Part shown: positions 37,534 through 49,858 of the stretch, one piece after another | Numbering within the stretch: position 1 is the first letter of the stretch | How the letters are laid out: every line of letters begins with the position of its first letter | From: Amphiscolops sp. MND2022 | Taxonomy: Eukaryota | Length of the DNA stretch: 64,000 nucleotides | Direction of reading: 5' to 3' | NCBI GenBank assembly: GCA_964187785.1 | Contig: OZ076409.1 | Coordinates: 88,538,001 to 88,602,000, forward strand | Program-made: the position numbers and the translations under genes | Notes under the pieces: generated by a model | What the model was told of the DNA's origin: nothing | The model's database searches: none | Seen by the model: only the letters and a program-made list of their open reading frames with translations

Positions 37534-40500
37534 CTAGTATCTGTATTCATCAGTAAAGTTGGGGGTAGGGTTAGGTCGAAGATTGTATTTCCCTCCTCTA
37601 GGGCTCGAATTTTCATTTGAATTTCCATTTTCTGATATTCCGGGCACGGTAATATCCGCGCCTGTATTCGAAACGTTTTCCGTATCTTTTAAATCATTAG
37701 TGACGTCATTTTCATTCTCAGTCCCATTTGGCGTTTCATTCGGCGGGGACGGTTCGTCACTGCTATTGTTCTCTCGCGGTCTCATTTGCTTCTCGGTGAC
37801 GTCATTTCTTGTCGTGCGCTCGCTGCAGCTTTCATTGCTAGCGCTTTCCTCGTCGGTAACGTCATTGTCCGTATTAGTGGACTCGGCGTCCGTCGGCCGG
37901 CGTGTGGCCACGTCTGTCCAATTTTCCTTCCTCGGTTCAAATAAGTCGTACTCAAAGTCTACTTCCCATGAGATAGTGTACAAATCGTCTTGCGGGATTA
38001 CTATCTCATTGTCAGGTTGTAATTTTTCTCCATCGTATTTGTCCTCTAAAGGGGCATTCGGGACGAATTTCTTTAGTCTAATGCGATGAAGTATTTGAGT
38101 TTTGTTTGTGTTTAGGCGACGGACAATATAATTGTCGTTGGACAGTACTTTCTGTATGACGAACGGGCCAATCCATCTGTATTCCCTGAAAGGAATTTTT
38201 GATGCCTGACTGTCCGCTTTAGGCTGTAGAACAAAACAGTAGTCCTTTTCTTTAAGCGGGGCAGCCTTTGCCTTTCGGTCGTAATAGTCCTTATATTTCA
38301 AATAAGACTGCATTATGTTCTTTTTTGTTTAATCTATGAGGATTTGTGTCCTCTGCTGTACTTCCTCCGCAAATTCTGTAGTTGGCAGAAATTTTTTATT
38401 GGGGTTATTTCCCAATTTGTGGTCTAGGACGTTATAGGGAATCCGGCCGTGGAAGACTTTGCTCGGTTCACATCCAATACTAGAGTGGTATGTGGTATTG
38501 TAGTTGAGTACTGCTAATGGTAAATATTTATGCCATTGGCGTCGATTTTCCCCTGAGGCCATTTTCAAATTTGTTTCGAGTGAGGCATGGGTCCTTTCGA
38601 GTTTGCCAATTGTTTGCGGGTGCTTTGTAGTAGCGCATTTGAGTGTTATACCCAAAATTTGAGTTATCTCAGCTATGATGGTCGATGTAAATGCGGACCC
38701 TTTGTCTGTGATGAGAGTTGTTGGTAAATATGAATGTTTCGTCATGATATCAATTATCACCTTGGCTACATTCGTGGCTGTTGCCTCAATTAGCGGGTAG
38801 GCGAATAAGTATCTTGAGAATACATCTATAGCCGTCATCACCGTCTGGTATCCGCCACTAGTCGGTAAGTTTGGTAATAAGTCTATCTGCATGGCATCTT
38901 CTGGACCAAGGTCCCATTCGGGCAAGTTTAACAATTCTGGTGTAATTGTATTATTTGGGACTCTTTTGTCTCTAGCGCACGTTTCGCATCCTTCTACCCA
39001 TTTTTTAACGTATTTTGCTATGCCAGGGTAGTAGTATTTTTGGCGGATCTCTTGCAGCATTTTAGAGATGCCTGGATGTCGATGTGCCGTGCCATGTATT
39101 GCTTGCAGTATTTCTTTCAACAGGTGCTTTGGCAGTAAGATTTGGTGGTATTTGATTTGTCCCGTTTCGTCGTAATACTGTCGGGTCACTATTTCGTCCT
39201 TGAGGACTATACGGTCTAAGTTATTTAAATAATGTTTATACCGAATGTCCTGCTGAAGGATTTCTTCAGAGTATTCTTCATTTTGAATTTTTGCTTTTAA
39301 ATGAAGCAAGATCGGATCTTTGGATTGTTCTAGTAGTATTTGGTTGGTTCTGCGTAGTTTCTGAGTGAAATTAGTAATTTCATCTACTACATTTTCAGAT
39401 ATGGTATCGATTTGGATGACAGTCTCATCGACCTTGAGTCCTGCTTTTGATTGTTTTTTCCTTTCCCAAATTTGTTCTTCTGTTTCATTGTCTTCTTCTG
39501 TAAAGAACACTTGTTCTTCTTCAGACACGCCGGCTGATTGGACATTAACTACAATAGGTTGGGTTTCAACGTCCGCTCGGATTTTTAGGACTAACTTTTC
39601 AGTGGGGTCCATTTCCATGCGGGACAGGTAGTCCGCCACTGTGTTGTTTTTGCCTGGAATGTGCGCTATAGTGAAATTGAACTGAATAACAAAGTCACAC
39701 GCGTTCCATAATGGCGGCGGTATTATTTTAGTCTGGAAGAACCTTGTGACCGATTTGTTGTCTGTGAGGATAATCACCGGCTTAGGTGTGCCCCAGAATA
39801 TATGTCCAAATCCTTTGAAGGCGTAATAGATGGCTAAAAATTCCTTCGCATAAATTGACATTTTAAGCTGTGAAGGAGTAAAAGTTTTTGAACCATATGC
39901 AATAGGCGCATAGGATTTCTTGGTTGAGGTAAATTTCTGATTTGGATCATCTTCAGTAAGTATAGCATATCCGGCTGCTGTGAAGCTAGCATCTGTCATC
40001 AGGACTAGCTGTCAATTTGGCAAGGGCTGCCTCAGGGCTAGCTGGGTGCATCTGTCCAAATCTCTATTGATCTCGTTGAATTTTTCAATCAATTCCGTTG
40101 TGACTAAGACCTTTTCGTCCTTCTTTAATAGTTGAAAGAAAGGGACTAATTTTTCTGATAACCTCGGTATGTAGTTTCTATAATAATTAAGGAATCCGAG
40201 GTAACGTTGTAAGGCTTTTTTGGATTTCGAGAATTTCGTTTTTTCTAGGAATTGTATGACTCGTTCCTTCTGGGGCTTGACACCCTCAGGGGTGATTGTC
40301 CTTCCTAAGAAATCAATCTCAGTTGCTCCGAAGTGGCATTTATGCATCGTTAATTTCAATCCAGCCTCTCGGATGCATTCGAAAGTTGCTCTGAGATTTT
40401 TAATGAGATGCTCAGCGTCGTTGGCCGCGATGCCAATATCATCCACGTATTGGGCACATTGATCGGCTTTGATGACACGGTCCAAATATTCTCTCATAAA

Positions 40501-42621
40501 ACTGGAGAATGCCGATAAGGCTCTACTGAGACCTTGGGCCAATCTTCGATATGCAAACGTTCGGCTGGCAAAGTTGAAGGCCAACATCTCTATAGACCGT
40601 TGGTCCGCCTTTTGAAGGCAATGGTACGCTTGCGAACAGTCAAGCTTACAGAAAAGTTTCTTTCCGGCCATATGTTGTGCAGCGTCCGTTAAGGTGCTGA
40701 CTGGATGGTTGTTGTTGATATAGTCGTCAGAAATGAGATTGTTGATCTTCCGGAGGTCTACCAGTAGTCGCAGTTTCCCATTGGGCTTCTTTTGTGCAAA
40801 GATAGGGCTAGCGTACTTTGAGAATGGTAATGTTGTTATGATACCATATTTGTGTAGTGACGCTAATTCGACCAATATGTCCTCTTTTAAATTGACCGGA
40901 GTTGGTAAGCTCTGGCTGTAGGCAGGAGAGTCGTCCTTCGGGGTCAATTTGACTGTGAACTCCTCATTCATACCAATGTCAAACCTATGACGGGCAAATA
41001 TGTCGTGAAATTCGACTAAAAGCGCTTCTATCTGTTTGATTTCATGCTGTTGTAGCATTGAGTCCTTCCAGTCAAAGTTACTGAGGAATTTTTGTCGAGA
41101 TTCTTCATTGTCTTGTGGATTTAGTTTTTCTGCTTCTTGCAGGTTTCGTAATTCTCTAAGAATTGTCTTTTGTATTGGAGTATGGGACTCTTCGTCCCCT
41201 GGGTTTTCGGGTGTTGGAAACCAGTATTGTTCGTATTGGTCATTGTTCCTGTTGGCTTTGAGAAGGCTGCTGATATAATAAATAGCATCTTCTTCATTTT
41301 CATTGAGTAGGTGCCAAGTGGACACTGGGTCTATTGGCCTAACGTGTTTCATTTGCTCTGGAGTCATCACTGAGAAATTCGCTATGTGCATCCCTTTTTT
41401 GAGTTTAAAGGGCTGGTCTGTGAAGTTGTTGACATGGATCCTCGTAGTCCCTTCGTCCAGTGTGACTATGGCGGCACAAAATGTTATATCATTTTCTTCG
41501 TTTAGAAGGTCACTGGGTTGTAAGATTCCAGTGACAGCGTTTTCTGCATAAATTTGAGATTGGATAGGGATGATTGTACGTCCATTTGGCGGAATCGTTA
41601 TATCCTCGGGGTTGAGGATAGGTTCCATTACATTGGAGTACTTATGGTCAGCTGTTTTCAATTGCATCGAGAAGAAGGGGAAGTTAAGTATGCCTTGGCG
41701 CATATCTAGGACTGTGTGGTTTCTTTGTAAGAACATAAGTCCAATTATGGGGCTGGATAATTTTTCCATCACTATGAAGATTTCGTGGAACTCTATGTCC
41801 CCTACTTCAAACTTCAGTTCTACTGTACGCTTCGGAGTTTCCAGGTCTCCATTTGCGACCATAATTTGGAATGACGGGGCAGGACCCTCTTTCACTATTG
41901 ATTGGGGTGCAAGTAGCCGTATTTTCCTAAGGTCAGCTTCTGGTATCGCGCTGGAGTGGGCCCCAGTGTCTATGAGACCATCTAATGTTAGTTCTCCAAA
42001 GTCCATTGGGAAATATAGCATCCGCCTTTTGATTTTGAGGCCAAGGTTGGTGGAGAGGGGAACGTATGACGGTTCTCCTTGTTTTTCCACTAGGATGTGC
42101 AAGAAGGCTGTTTCGTCTAAAAGGCTGTCGGGGCCTTGAAAGTCTTCTTGCTCTTGAGTTTCCTCTATTTCTTCTAACAGTGCTTCGGAATTTGGCTGCC
42201 AAAGTTCAATGAGGGCCTTGGATAGTTTGTTGTCCACTATCGGGGGATCATCCTCGTCGTCCGTTGGTGGATATTCGTCTTGTCTAAACTGGAGTTTTTG
42301 TCTGTCGTAGAGTTCGTCGTCCCAATACGGGTCTTTGCCGTAATCAGGATCGGGGTATTGAGGGTGATAATCTTCGATCAAGGGTAAGGGACGGAATTGA
42401 GTCTCAAAGTCTTTAGTATAGTCGCTTTCGTAAAATCGGTCTGGACGATCATTATGTACTATTTTATAAGTTCGAATACAGGCTTTTTCCATTTGTTGCT
42501 GCCAGACAACAGTGGGAATTCCTTTTGTATCCTTGATTGTTTGGCTGTATTTGATTATTGGAGGATCTGAAATGACATATTGTCGAACCGACATATAGTC
42601 ATGTATTTGGAGTCGTGGCAA
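37534..42621 (-). CDS. pol: Gypsy pol polyprotein (protease, RT, RNase H, integrase) with two in-frame stops
   Basis: DTGA protease, YVDD RT, TDAS RNase H, HGTAHRH...CETC plus D,D,E integrase. The three ORF-track segments share one frame, separated by TGA (40012-14) and TAA (38329-31). Confidence 0.95.
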
Positions 42622-42623
42622 AA

Positions 42624-44312
42624 TTAGTTTTTTGAATCAGATTTTTTAGTATTGGGTTGGCTTGAAGTAGCCGTTTCTGGGTCATTTGCTTTTTTAGGCT
42701 TTCCTTCGGAGTCTATAGCATTTCGGTCATTTTGTTCTGTCTGCATCCTTTTGGGTCGCAGGTGGGCGCCAGCGCCTTGCCAGCACCTTTCGGTTGGGTG
42801 GTTCTTTTTGCCACATGTGTCACACGGTGGGTAAGTTGGACGCTGAGGTTTTTTACCGTCTTTGTCCTCCGTTTCCTTTTTCTTCTTGAGTTTCGGGCAG
42901 TTTTTGTAATAGTGACCCGTCGCCTTGCAGTATGAGCATTGGGCGTCTTTATTTGTGTTGATGCCATTGGACAGTAAATTGTTATGGCTCGTGGACGCCG
43001 AGGCCATAGTGGCCATTGGCAGATCATCTGACTCTTCTAATGCATTGAGTTCCAGTTCTCTTTCAAGATGAGCGACTATTTCTTCATACGTGCCGTTCTC
43101 CAGACGGGCCATGTTGACAGATCGTTTCAGTTTTGGGGGTAATTTCGCGTATAACAAGCTGTCAATCATGCTTTTAGCGTTTTCCCCAAATGCTTTTTCT
43201 GCACCTTGGTTCAGTTCTTCCAAGAAGTCTGGTAGTTTCATTGTACTTGGATCGAAGGTCAATCGGTGCCATTTATGCTTTGCCGTTGCTTGTGATTCCG
43301 GTTTGACATATTTCCTCCGGAATATGACCAGTACGTCCTCGAGAGTTTGACGGTTGATTGAGTTTATGTTCCTGAATGTCTGTAATGCACCCTTTCGTAG
43401 CAAAGAATGAAAGTGATTAATTTTCATTTGTTCTGTCATTGTGGGCTGCATTTTGATCATCGTATGGAACAAGTCCTCAAAGAGCTCAAATTTTTCACTT
43501 TTCCCATCAAATGTCATCGGGGTTGTTTGTACGGGTCTGATGGTCATAGATTGCGGTTTGTTTTGCAAATTGACCAATACGTCGGCTAGTCTATTAAACG
43601 GGTCCTGAGGAGGTTCAGGAGCCTCTGGGGCCGGGGCTGGCAGAGTCGTGTCCAGAGAGATATTGTGTGTGGATTGTTGTCTCTCTAGGTTCGGGATTGA
43701 GTGGATTCGTCCGGTCAGAAATTCGGGAATTTGCGGTTGGGTGTCGGTAGCTCCTGTCACCATGTAAGAACCTTGACCCATGGTATCTCTTAAGTCACCT
43801 AAAGATCTTGAATCTTTCTTTGCAATTTTTATTTTAGGCCCGGGTGCGCTTTCCCTGTTCTCCTGACTATTAGGGGACGAACTGGCCTCAGTGTCCCTGT
43901 GTCCCATAGAGGACATCGAGTTCGCAATATTCTGGATTTCTGGAATAACTCTTTCAGCTATAGCTGTTGTTATAGCCCTATTTATTTGGCTATGCATTAT
44001 TGACATCATAGATTCCATTTCTTGAGACAATCTAAGATTAAACTCACTTGAAAAGGCCTCAAAGGATTGCCTGACTTCATTTTACCTCAAAGGTTCATTT
44101 TCATGTAAGTAATCTCTAAACTCATTTTCATGGTACACGTTTGTATCATCGTCCCCGTGGGCCGATGACTGATCTATCACATCGGCTAGTTCTCTTTCAA
44201 TGGGATTATTATTTTCATTTCCCAACATCACGTCTAGGTTATCATAGTCGGACAGCATGTCCATTTCTCTAGATCTCCTAGCTTTAGCCTTTTGACGTCT
44301 AGTAGAAGGCAT
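42624..44312 (-). CDS. gag: Gypsy gag (562 codons, one in-frame TAA at 44082-84)
   Basis: PMTFDGKSEKFELFEDLF capsid-like region and two CCHC knuckles (CSYCKATGHYYKNC, CDTCGKKNHPTERC). ORF 44082..44312 is in frame with 42624..44030. Confidence 0.92.
42627..42633 (-). other. -1 ribosomal frameshift slippery site A AAA AAC
   Basis: Heptamer lies immediately before the gag stop; pol is in the -1 frame. Confidence 0.8.
43748..43762 (-). other. Primer binding site TGGTGACAGGAGC
   Basis: TGG-starting sequence directly after the CA end of the 5' LTR; resembles tRNA-Leu-type PBSs (tentative). Confidence 0.8.
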
Positions 44313-45334
44313 AAGAGATTATTGCAAGAGGCAAGAATTTAAATTAATATCTCGGGCTTGCAAAGTGAAAATGAACGGGTAGTTTTAAACAACAATTCGC
44401 AACAGTAATGCAACATTAACGTATCAAAGTATCATCAGAATAATTCTGTCCCCGGGACCACCAGTCCCGGTTATATGTATTTGAATCTACATGACACTCA
44501 ATAAAATGGTGATAATATTCTAAAAATAGCCTTAAGGGCTTTCTAAATATAGCTACAATCTATAAATAGCAGGCAACGTCAACATTACATCATATAGATC
44601 AAAGGTCCCTCTTGGCGGCAAATATGGCGGCGGGACCATGAATCCGTTAGGACAAGCAACTGCTTACATGCATACTAAGCAACGTACTACATGTATGAAA
44701 TACATATTACATGTATGAAATGCTTACTACATGTATAGATAGTAATTTTACATATATTCTAAACTAAATATATTGCGCAAATTACATACGAAGCAACACC
44801 ATCAAACTAAGTCTAAAATATTAAATCAGTCCTTTGAGGACCAATAGCGCCTTTTATTAGTTATCAAAAGATTAATTATTACATAACCAGTACTGCTAGT
44901 TAGAATAGCACTCTCAATTAAAGCGCGGACTCAGTGTCCAATAGACTGGTACAGCCCGGCGTTTTATTAGCAGGCGGCATATAGCTGTCTAGTCCTTTAA
45001 TCTATTATGCTAGCACGAGTAAAGGTTACATAACACTGCGCTATGATTGGATGACGAGTTAATCGGACTTGCGGACCAAGGCGACAGGCAAGAAAACATT
45101 TGAACGCGTTTCCTTTACCTGTACGCCTTGGTGTCCAAGTAACTCGTATTAATACATAGAATTACATAATATAGCTTGTACAAAATGAAATATATAGGAT
45201 TTTACATGACTTTTAAGGCAACAAATATAGTTTTGCTTGTAAGACTTAATTCAGTGGGAGGGTGTTGGGCTGCGCCTTCCTGTAGTCGTGACTAATTGTA
45301 TAAAGATTTCCATCACAGGCGGACGCCTGGGACA
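43763..45334 (-). repeat. 5' LTR
   Basis: 1572-bp match to 29759-31330, bordered by the TSD and the PBS. Confidence 0.97.
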
Positions 45335-46527
45335 ATGTGCATATTTTCCCAATGAAAATAGATATTTCTTTTGGTGCTTACATCTGTGGAAACTCACCCA
45401 AAACATCCAAAAACTTTACAGAAAGTAACAAATGGTGGAAAATCGAAATTTTAGCTCTTCTTTGCTTCATTCTAACTCGCTTTTTTTCATTTTCATGATA
45501 AATCATGAATTTTTATACGAAAGTATTCAAGTTGCTCACTGTTTGTCATAAAAAACTTGTTCATTTCACATATATTTCACTTTTATAAAAGCAGTTCATT
45601 TCTCTAATTCCTTTGTGTCGATGCAGAAAAGGCATTTCAGATTTTTAAGGCGTTGCCCTTCCAAATATAATCTCTGCAAGGCAAGCTACTGTACCCAGCA
45701 GTGTTTGGGTTGAAGCTGCAACTTTGAAGTGACTTGCACAGACTGCTCACCGTTGCTGTTTTTTTGCTGTTCTCTACGCCAAATGAGTTTTTGCCACAAC
45801 GCTAACGCAGAGCTAGGAAGGGGGAACTTGCTCAAGGCCAAACAATGGAGAGTTGAGATAGTTTCAAAACTTATCCATGACCAAAACTGGCCAAATTGTC
45901 TTAAAAAGTACACCATGTTTCCACGAAATTGAACCTTTTGACATCCTTCGGTTTAATTCACGCTTCGTTTGAAAAACCAAGCACGAAAAACAAAACTGAG
46001 AAAGGAAAGATCAAAAACAAAAGTGATTGAGAAACAAAACGGGAGTGTGCAAAAAGTTTTTTCATTTCTCTGTATTCTCACATGCTTATATCTGCAGAAA
46101 CATCCAAAAACGTACAAAGATTGCATAAAATTTTGGAAATTTTAAAATTTTTGACAGTTTTTTTCAGGGATTTTTTATTATTGTGGAATGTAGAGGTCAA
46201 AATACCATTTCACATAGACTTAACTACTTTAGACAGAGAGTTGCTTGACTATATTTACAAACAAACTCTAATTGATTTCTGTCTTATTTATGTTGCTACA
46301 TTAGATATCATATATTGGATGTACTTTGATACGAGCTAGTTGAAAGAGATTACTTGCTACTAAAATTGTTTTTAAAGTAACAACGAGATCTTAACAATTA
46401 TAACCCTGTTCCCCCTAACATCAGCGTACTCTAACATCATTCGAATATATTGATGCTGATTTTTGTGGCTCTTCATACGAAAGCATTCCGAGCATGTACA
46501 AAATTTACATAATGTTGTCAAAAATTG

Positions 46528-46613
46528 TTCAACAAATTGACAACTTTGATTCATTTCGAGTGAAAACTTGATTTCACAATAGGTATGTATGTATTGTCTA
46601 GCGAGTTGTTTCT
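46528..46613 (+). repeat. 86-bp direct repeat, left of the Gypsy relic
   Basis: Matches 48906-48991 with about 4 mismatches. Confidence 0.9.
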
Positions 46614-48900
46614 ACACAATAGCTGTGGCAACAAAGATACAACTACCACACCTAGAAGACAGCGGACTCGACGTGAAGAAACTATACACACCCAACGAAT
46701 GGAACGAAAAATTTCGGCACTACATACAAAGAATCCACAATATCGATATTAAACAAATACTAACGGATGACAAGTACCTACCGGTGACCCATGGGATACA
46801 AAAGAACCAGAAATCAGACAAGATTTCATCTGGGGCGCCGAACAGTCGCCAATCGAGATTATCATAAAAGGTGAATTTAACACGGACCCTGACACAATCA
46901 AAACCGATAAACTGATACAACTATTCCGAGAAAATTATATGCCAAAGAGAAATACATACCACAGCCGTGGAGATTTCTTCTGGGCTAAATAAGAAGAAAA
47001 CGAGACACCCGAAGAACACTGGAAAAAGTTAATACCACTGGAGAAGAACTGCGAATTCGAAGATATCAAACAAGAAGACTTACTCATATCGAACTTTATC
47101 ACGAGCATATTGAACCGCCAAAAAACCCAGAAGAAGAAATCCAAATCGATTGCACGGGAAATCTAAACAATAAACAACTAAACTCTCCTCTTCTTTATTA
47201 TTAGTAGCCGTAGATAAAACAGCCGTTGGCCGATAACAAAAATTTGCGAAGATACAAACCACGATACAGTTTCAACATTCCTACGGGAATAATTGAACGT
47301 ATACGGTGTACCAAACATTAAACCGGACAACGGTAGTTCCTTTTTTTCAAAGGAATACAAAAACTTTTTTGAAGAATACAATATAATCCGTAAATACGGT
47401 ACACCAAACCTACATACCATCCAATCACTGAAAAATCTGATGAAGACAAACTTAGAAGAAATACCAAATTTATGGGAAAGCCTCAAAATACACTATATGT
47501 CCTCCGTTTTACTATGAAACTCGGAAATAAAGAAACTTCCTTTTGAATTGCACTTCAGACGAGAACCTGGGACAAAACTATCTAACCAAAAAAATGCTAT
47601 TTCAGTTGATTCAAAGGAAATATCAGTCTACATCACCCGCAATTTAGCCGGCGAAATTACAGACCACCTGGTGAAATCAAAGAAAAATAAACAAATGACC
47701 CGAAATATCGGAGAGGAAAGACCTTCACATAAAACAAACAAGCCGGGAACGGCCCAAGTCGGCGCCATATCTAAGGCTCAAAAATAACAAAAGGACTTCA
47801 AAGTGTCAAGTATTCTCTTCTACAGTACCCGTTTGAGGAAAAATTGAAAAAAAATTCCGATTTTTTTTTGAAATTTTTTAAATTTTTTTGGTCTCCCGTA
47901 AGTCGCATAGTGCCAAAACATTTAAAATGGGGCTCTTTGGAAGTTTTTTAACATCCATTCTTTTGCAAAATAGACAAAAAATGAAGGGTGGACCATTTGG
48001 AGATATTTGCGAAAAAAGTCTCACAAAGCCGAAAAAACAAATTTGCACAAAAAAATTTTGGTCATGGCGGGACTCGAACCCATGTCATTCTGCTCGTCAG
48101 ACCTCGAAAAAGTCGTAGTGGCCAACTGGCAGTGAAGTAGCGTGACACAGTTTAGTGTTCGCGCCGGTTTAGTACCAACTTATAAATTTTATAAAATCTG
48201 TCAGTTCGTTGGACTTAAAAAAAAAAAGAAGTCACTACTATAGTCTGCGTTTTTCTTCGAAAAGCGCCGACTAAAAACCGTCAATTACGGTAAGTAACGG
48301 TAAAAACTTCAAATTCCCGTCTACTTTTTTCGAAAAGCCCACACAAAAAGCTTGCTTGGAAGCAAATTTAATAAAAACCGCAGATTGCGGTCTCAGGAAC
48401 CAAACACACGGTAAATACGGACAAAAATAAAATTTTACACAGAAAATTAATATCCAACCCGATACCCTTTCGGACAACAGCTACACCGACCAGAAAACAC
48501 AGAGAACAGCTCCGAGTGGCTCAAGAAAAAAGAACAACCAAGAAATGAAAGAGGTCAATTCACAAGTACCGACAAGTCGGCGGGAAAGCCAATGGACCTC
48601 GACCTAAGCATGGTATCAGAAGATGACGAATTTCAATGCTACAACACCAGCGATGGGAAGCCCATCCACACCAGCTTAGAAGACGAGCTACAATTGTTAT
48701 CAAAGGAAACAAACCTGACCCCAGAAACAGGTATTAAAACGAACTTATTTTCTGATGAATCCCACCAAACGATGAGAAAATCAAAAAGAATACCCTATGC
48801 CAAACAGACCAAAAAATTAGGTGGTATTCCATACTATACTAAAAACAATAAAAAGAAAACAAATAATAATTGTATTTTACAGGAAAACCAAATCAGCTAA
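46614..48900 (+). mobile_element. Internally deleted, LTR-less Gypsy relic (gag, integrase core, pol C-terminus)
   Basis: gag-like HSRGDFFWA...EKNCEFEDI; integrase VAVDKTAVG...YGVPNIKPDNGSSF...YGTPNLHT; C-terminal KQTKKLGGIPYY. Confidence 0.75.
47736..48277 (-). mobile_element. Helentron/HINE-like family B copy nested in the Gypsy relic
   Basis: Minus strand reads TTTTTAGTCGGCGC...GCGCCGACT, hairpin GCCG-TTCC-CGGC, TTGTTT; sits in an A/T run; internal GGTTCGAGTCC. Confidence 0.7.
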
Positions 48901-48905
48901 CTTTT

Positions 48906-48991
48906 TTCAACCAATTGACATCTTTGATTCTTTTCGAGTGAAAACTTGATTTCACAATAGGTATGTATGCATTGTCTAGCGAGTTGTTTCT
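48906..48991 (+). repeat. 86-bp direct repeat, right of the Gypsy relic
   Basis: Matches 46528-46613. Confidence 0.9.
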
Positions 48992-49389
48992 GTAAATTTT
49001 CACTACCCGTCATCGTCCAAAATATGTCCTAAAGTTGCATGAAATTGTTTAGCAATTTTGGCTGTTTAGTGGTTTTTCAGACATTTTCATAAGAATACAG
49101 TTCAGATTTACTATGACAAAGTTTGCTAAGTGACCCAGTGCAAAATCTCTTGAAACTCTTCTCAAGATCTTTCATATTCTTACATGTTCCCGTTTACTCT
49201 CGAAAGCCTGGATAAGATCTTGTTTATTCTTTGATGACACAAACATCTTGAAATTCGTGATAGGAAGGAATCTTGATAAGAGTCGCATCAAGAATGCCAA
49301 AAAATGAATATTTTGTAAAACGAACTTTTCTGTTTACAAGTTCTTTGCTATTGTTGGCCCTACCAGCTACGCTATCATTCTTTGAAGTA

Positions 49390-49858
49390 CAGTACTGTGA
49401 TTAAGAAATCGTCCCCCTATGACGTTCTCAACCAATCAAAATCGTATATTTGGTCTCACTTTCAATTCTGATTGGCGCATCAAGTGAAATTCACGTAAAT
49501 TTAGGAAATTTTACCTTTTGAGCCTGATAATTCGGAAACGGTTGATCTATTTTGAAATCAAAATACATCAATATTTTCAGTTGATTTGAGGGAGTTATTT
49601 GAGCATAAAACTTGCCGAAAAAACTGTTGATAAAACTGTCAAAAACTATAAAAACGGAAAAAAGTACCAAATTTGCTCAAAATCAGCCATTTGTAATTTT
49701 CTCAATTTTTGTCCCAGAAAAATTAAAAAGCACTAATATAAACTAGATTAAATTCCAAGAAACTTTTATTTCTGATGTTTTTTTTCAAAATTCTCAACCG
49801 ATTTCGAGAAAATCGGGCCTAAAATTGCCCGGGAGACGTTTTCTTAATCACAGTACTG
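49390..49858. mobile_element. Tc1/mariner-type MITE
   Basis: About 27-bp TIRs CAGTACTGTGATTAAGAAA... flanked by TA on both sides; non-coding. Confidence 0.9.

Larger units (their letters stand above)
29759..45334 (-). mobile_element. Young 15.6-kb Gypsy (Metaviridae) LTR retrotransposon with extra cargo genes
   Basis: Two 1572-bp TG...CA LTRs, 5-bp TSD ATGTG (29754-58 and 45335-39), PBS, PPT, gag and PR-RT-RH-IN pol, plus about 6.2 kb between pol and the 3' LTR. Confidence 0.97.

Noticed and set aside
37559..43589. Plus-strand ORFs opposite gag/pol
   Set aside because: Shadow frames of the coding strand with no recognisable domains.
45686..45916. Upstream exon for the 29106-29316 exon
   Set aside because: Its gtgag donor phase does not match the long coding frame of that exon.
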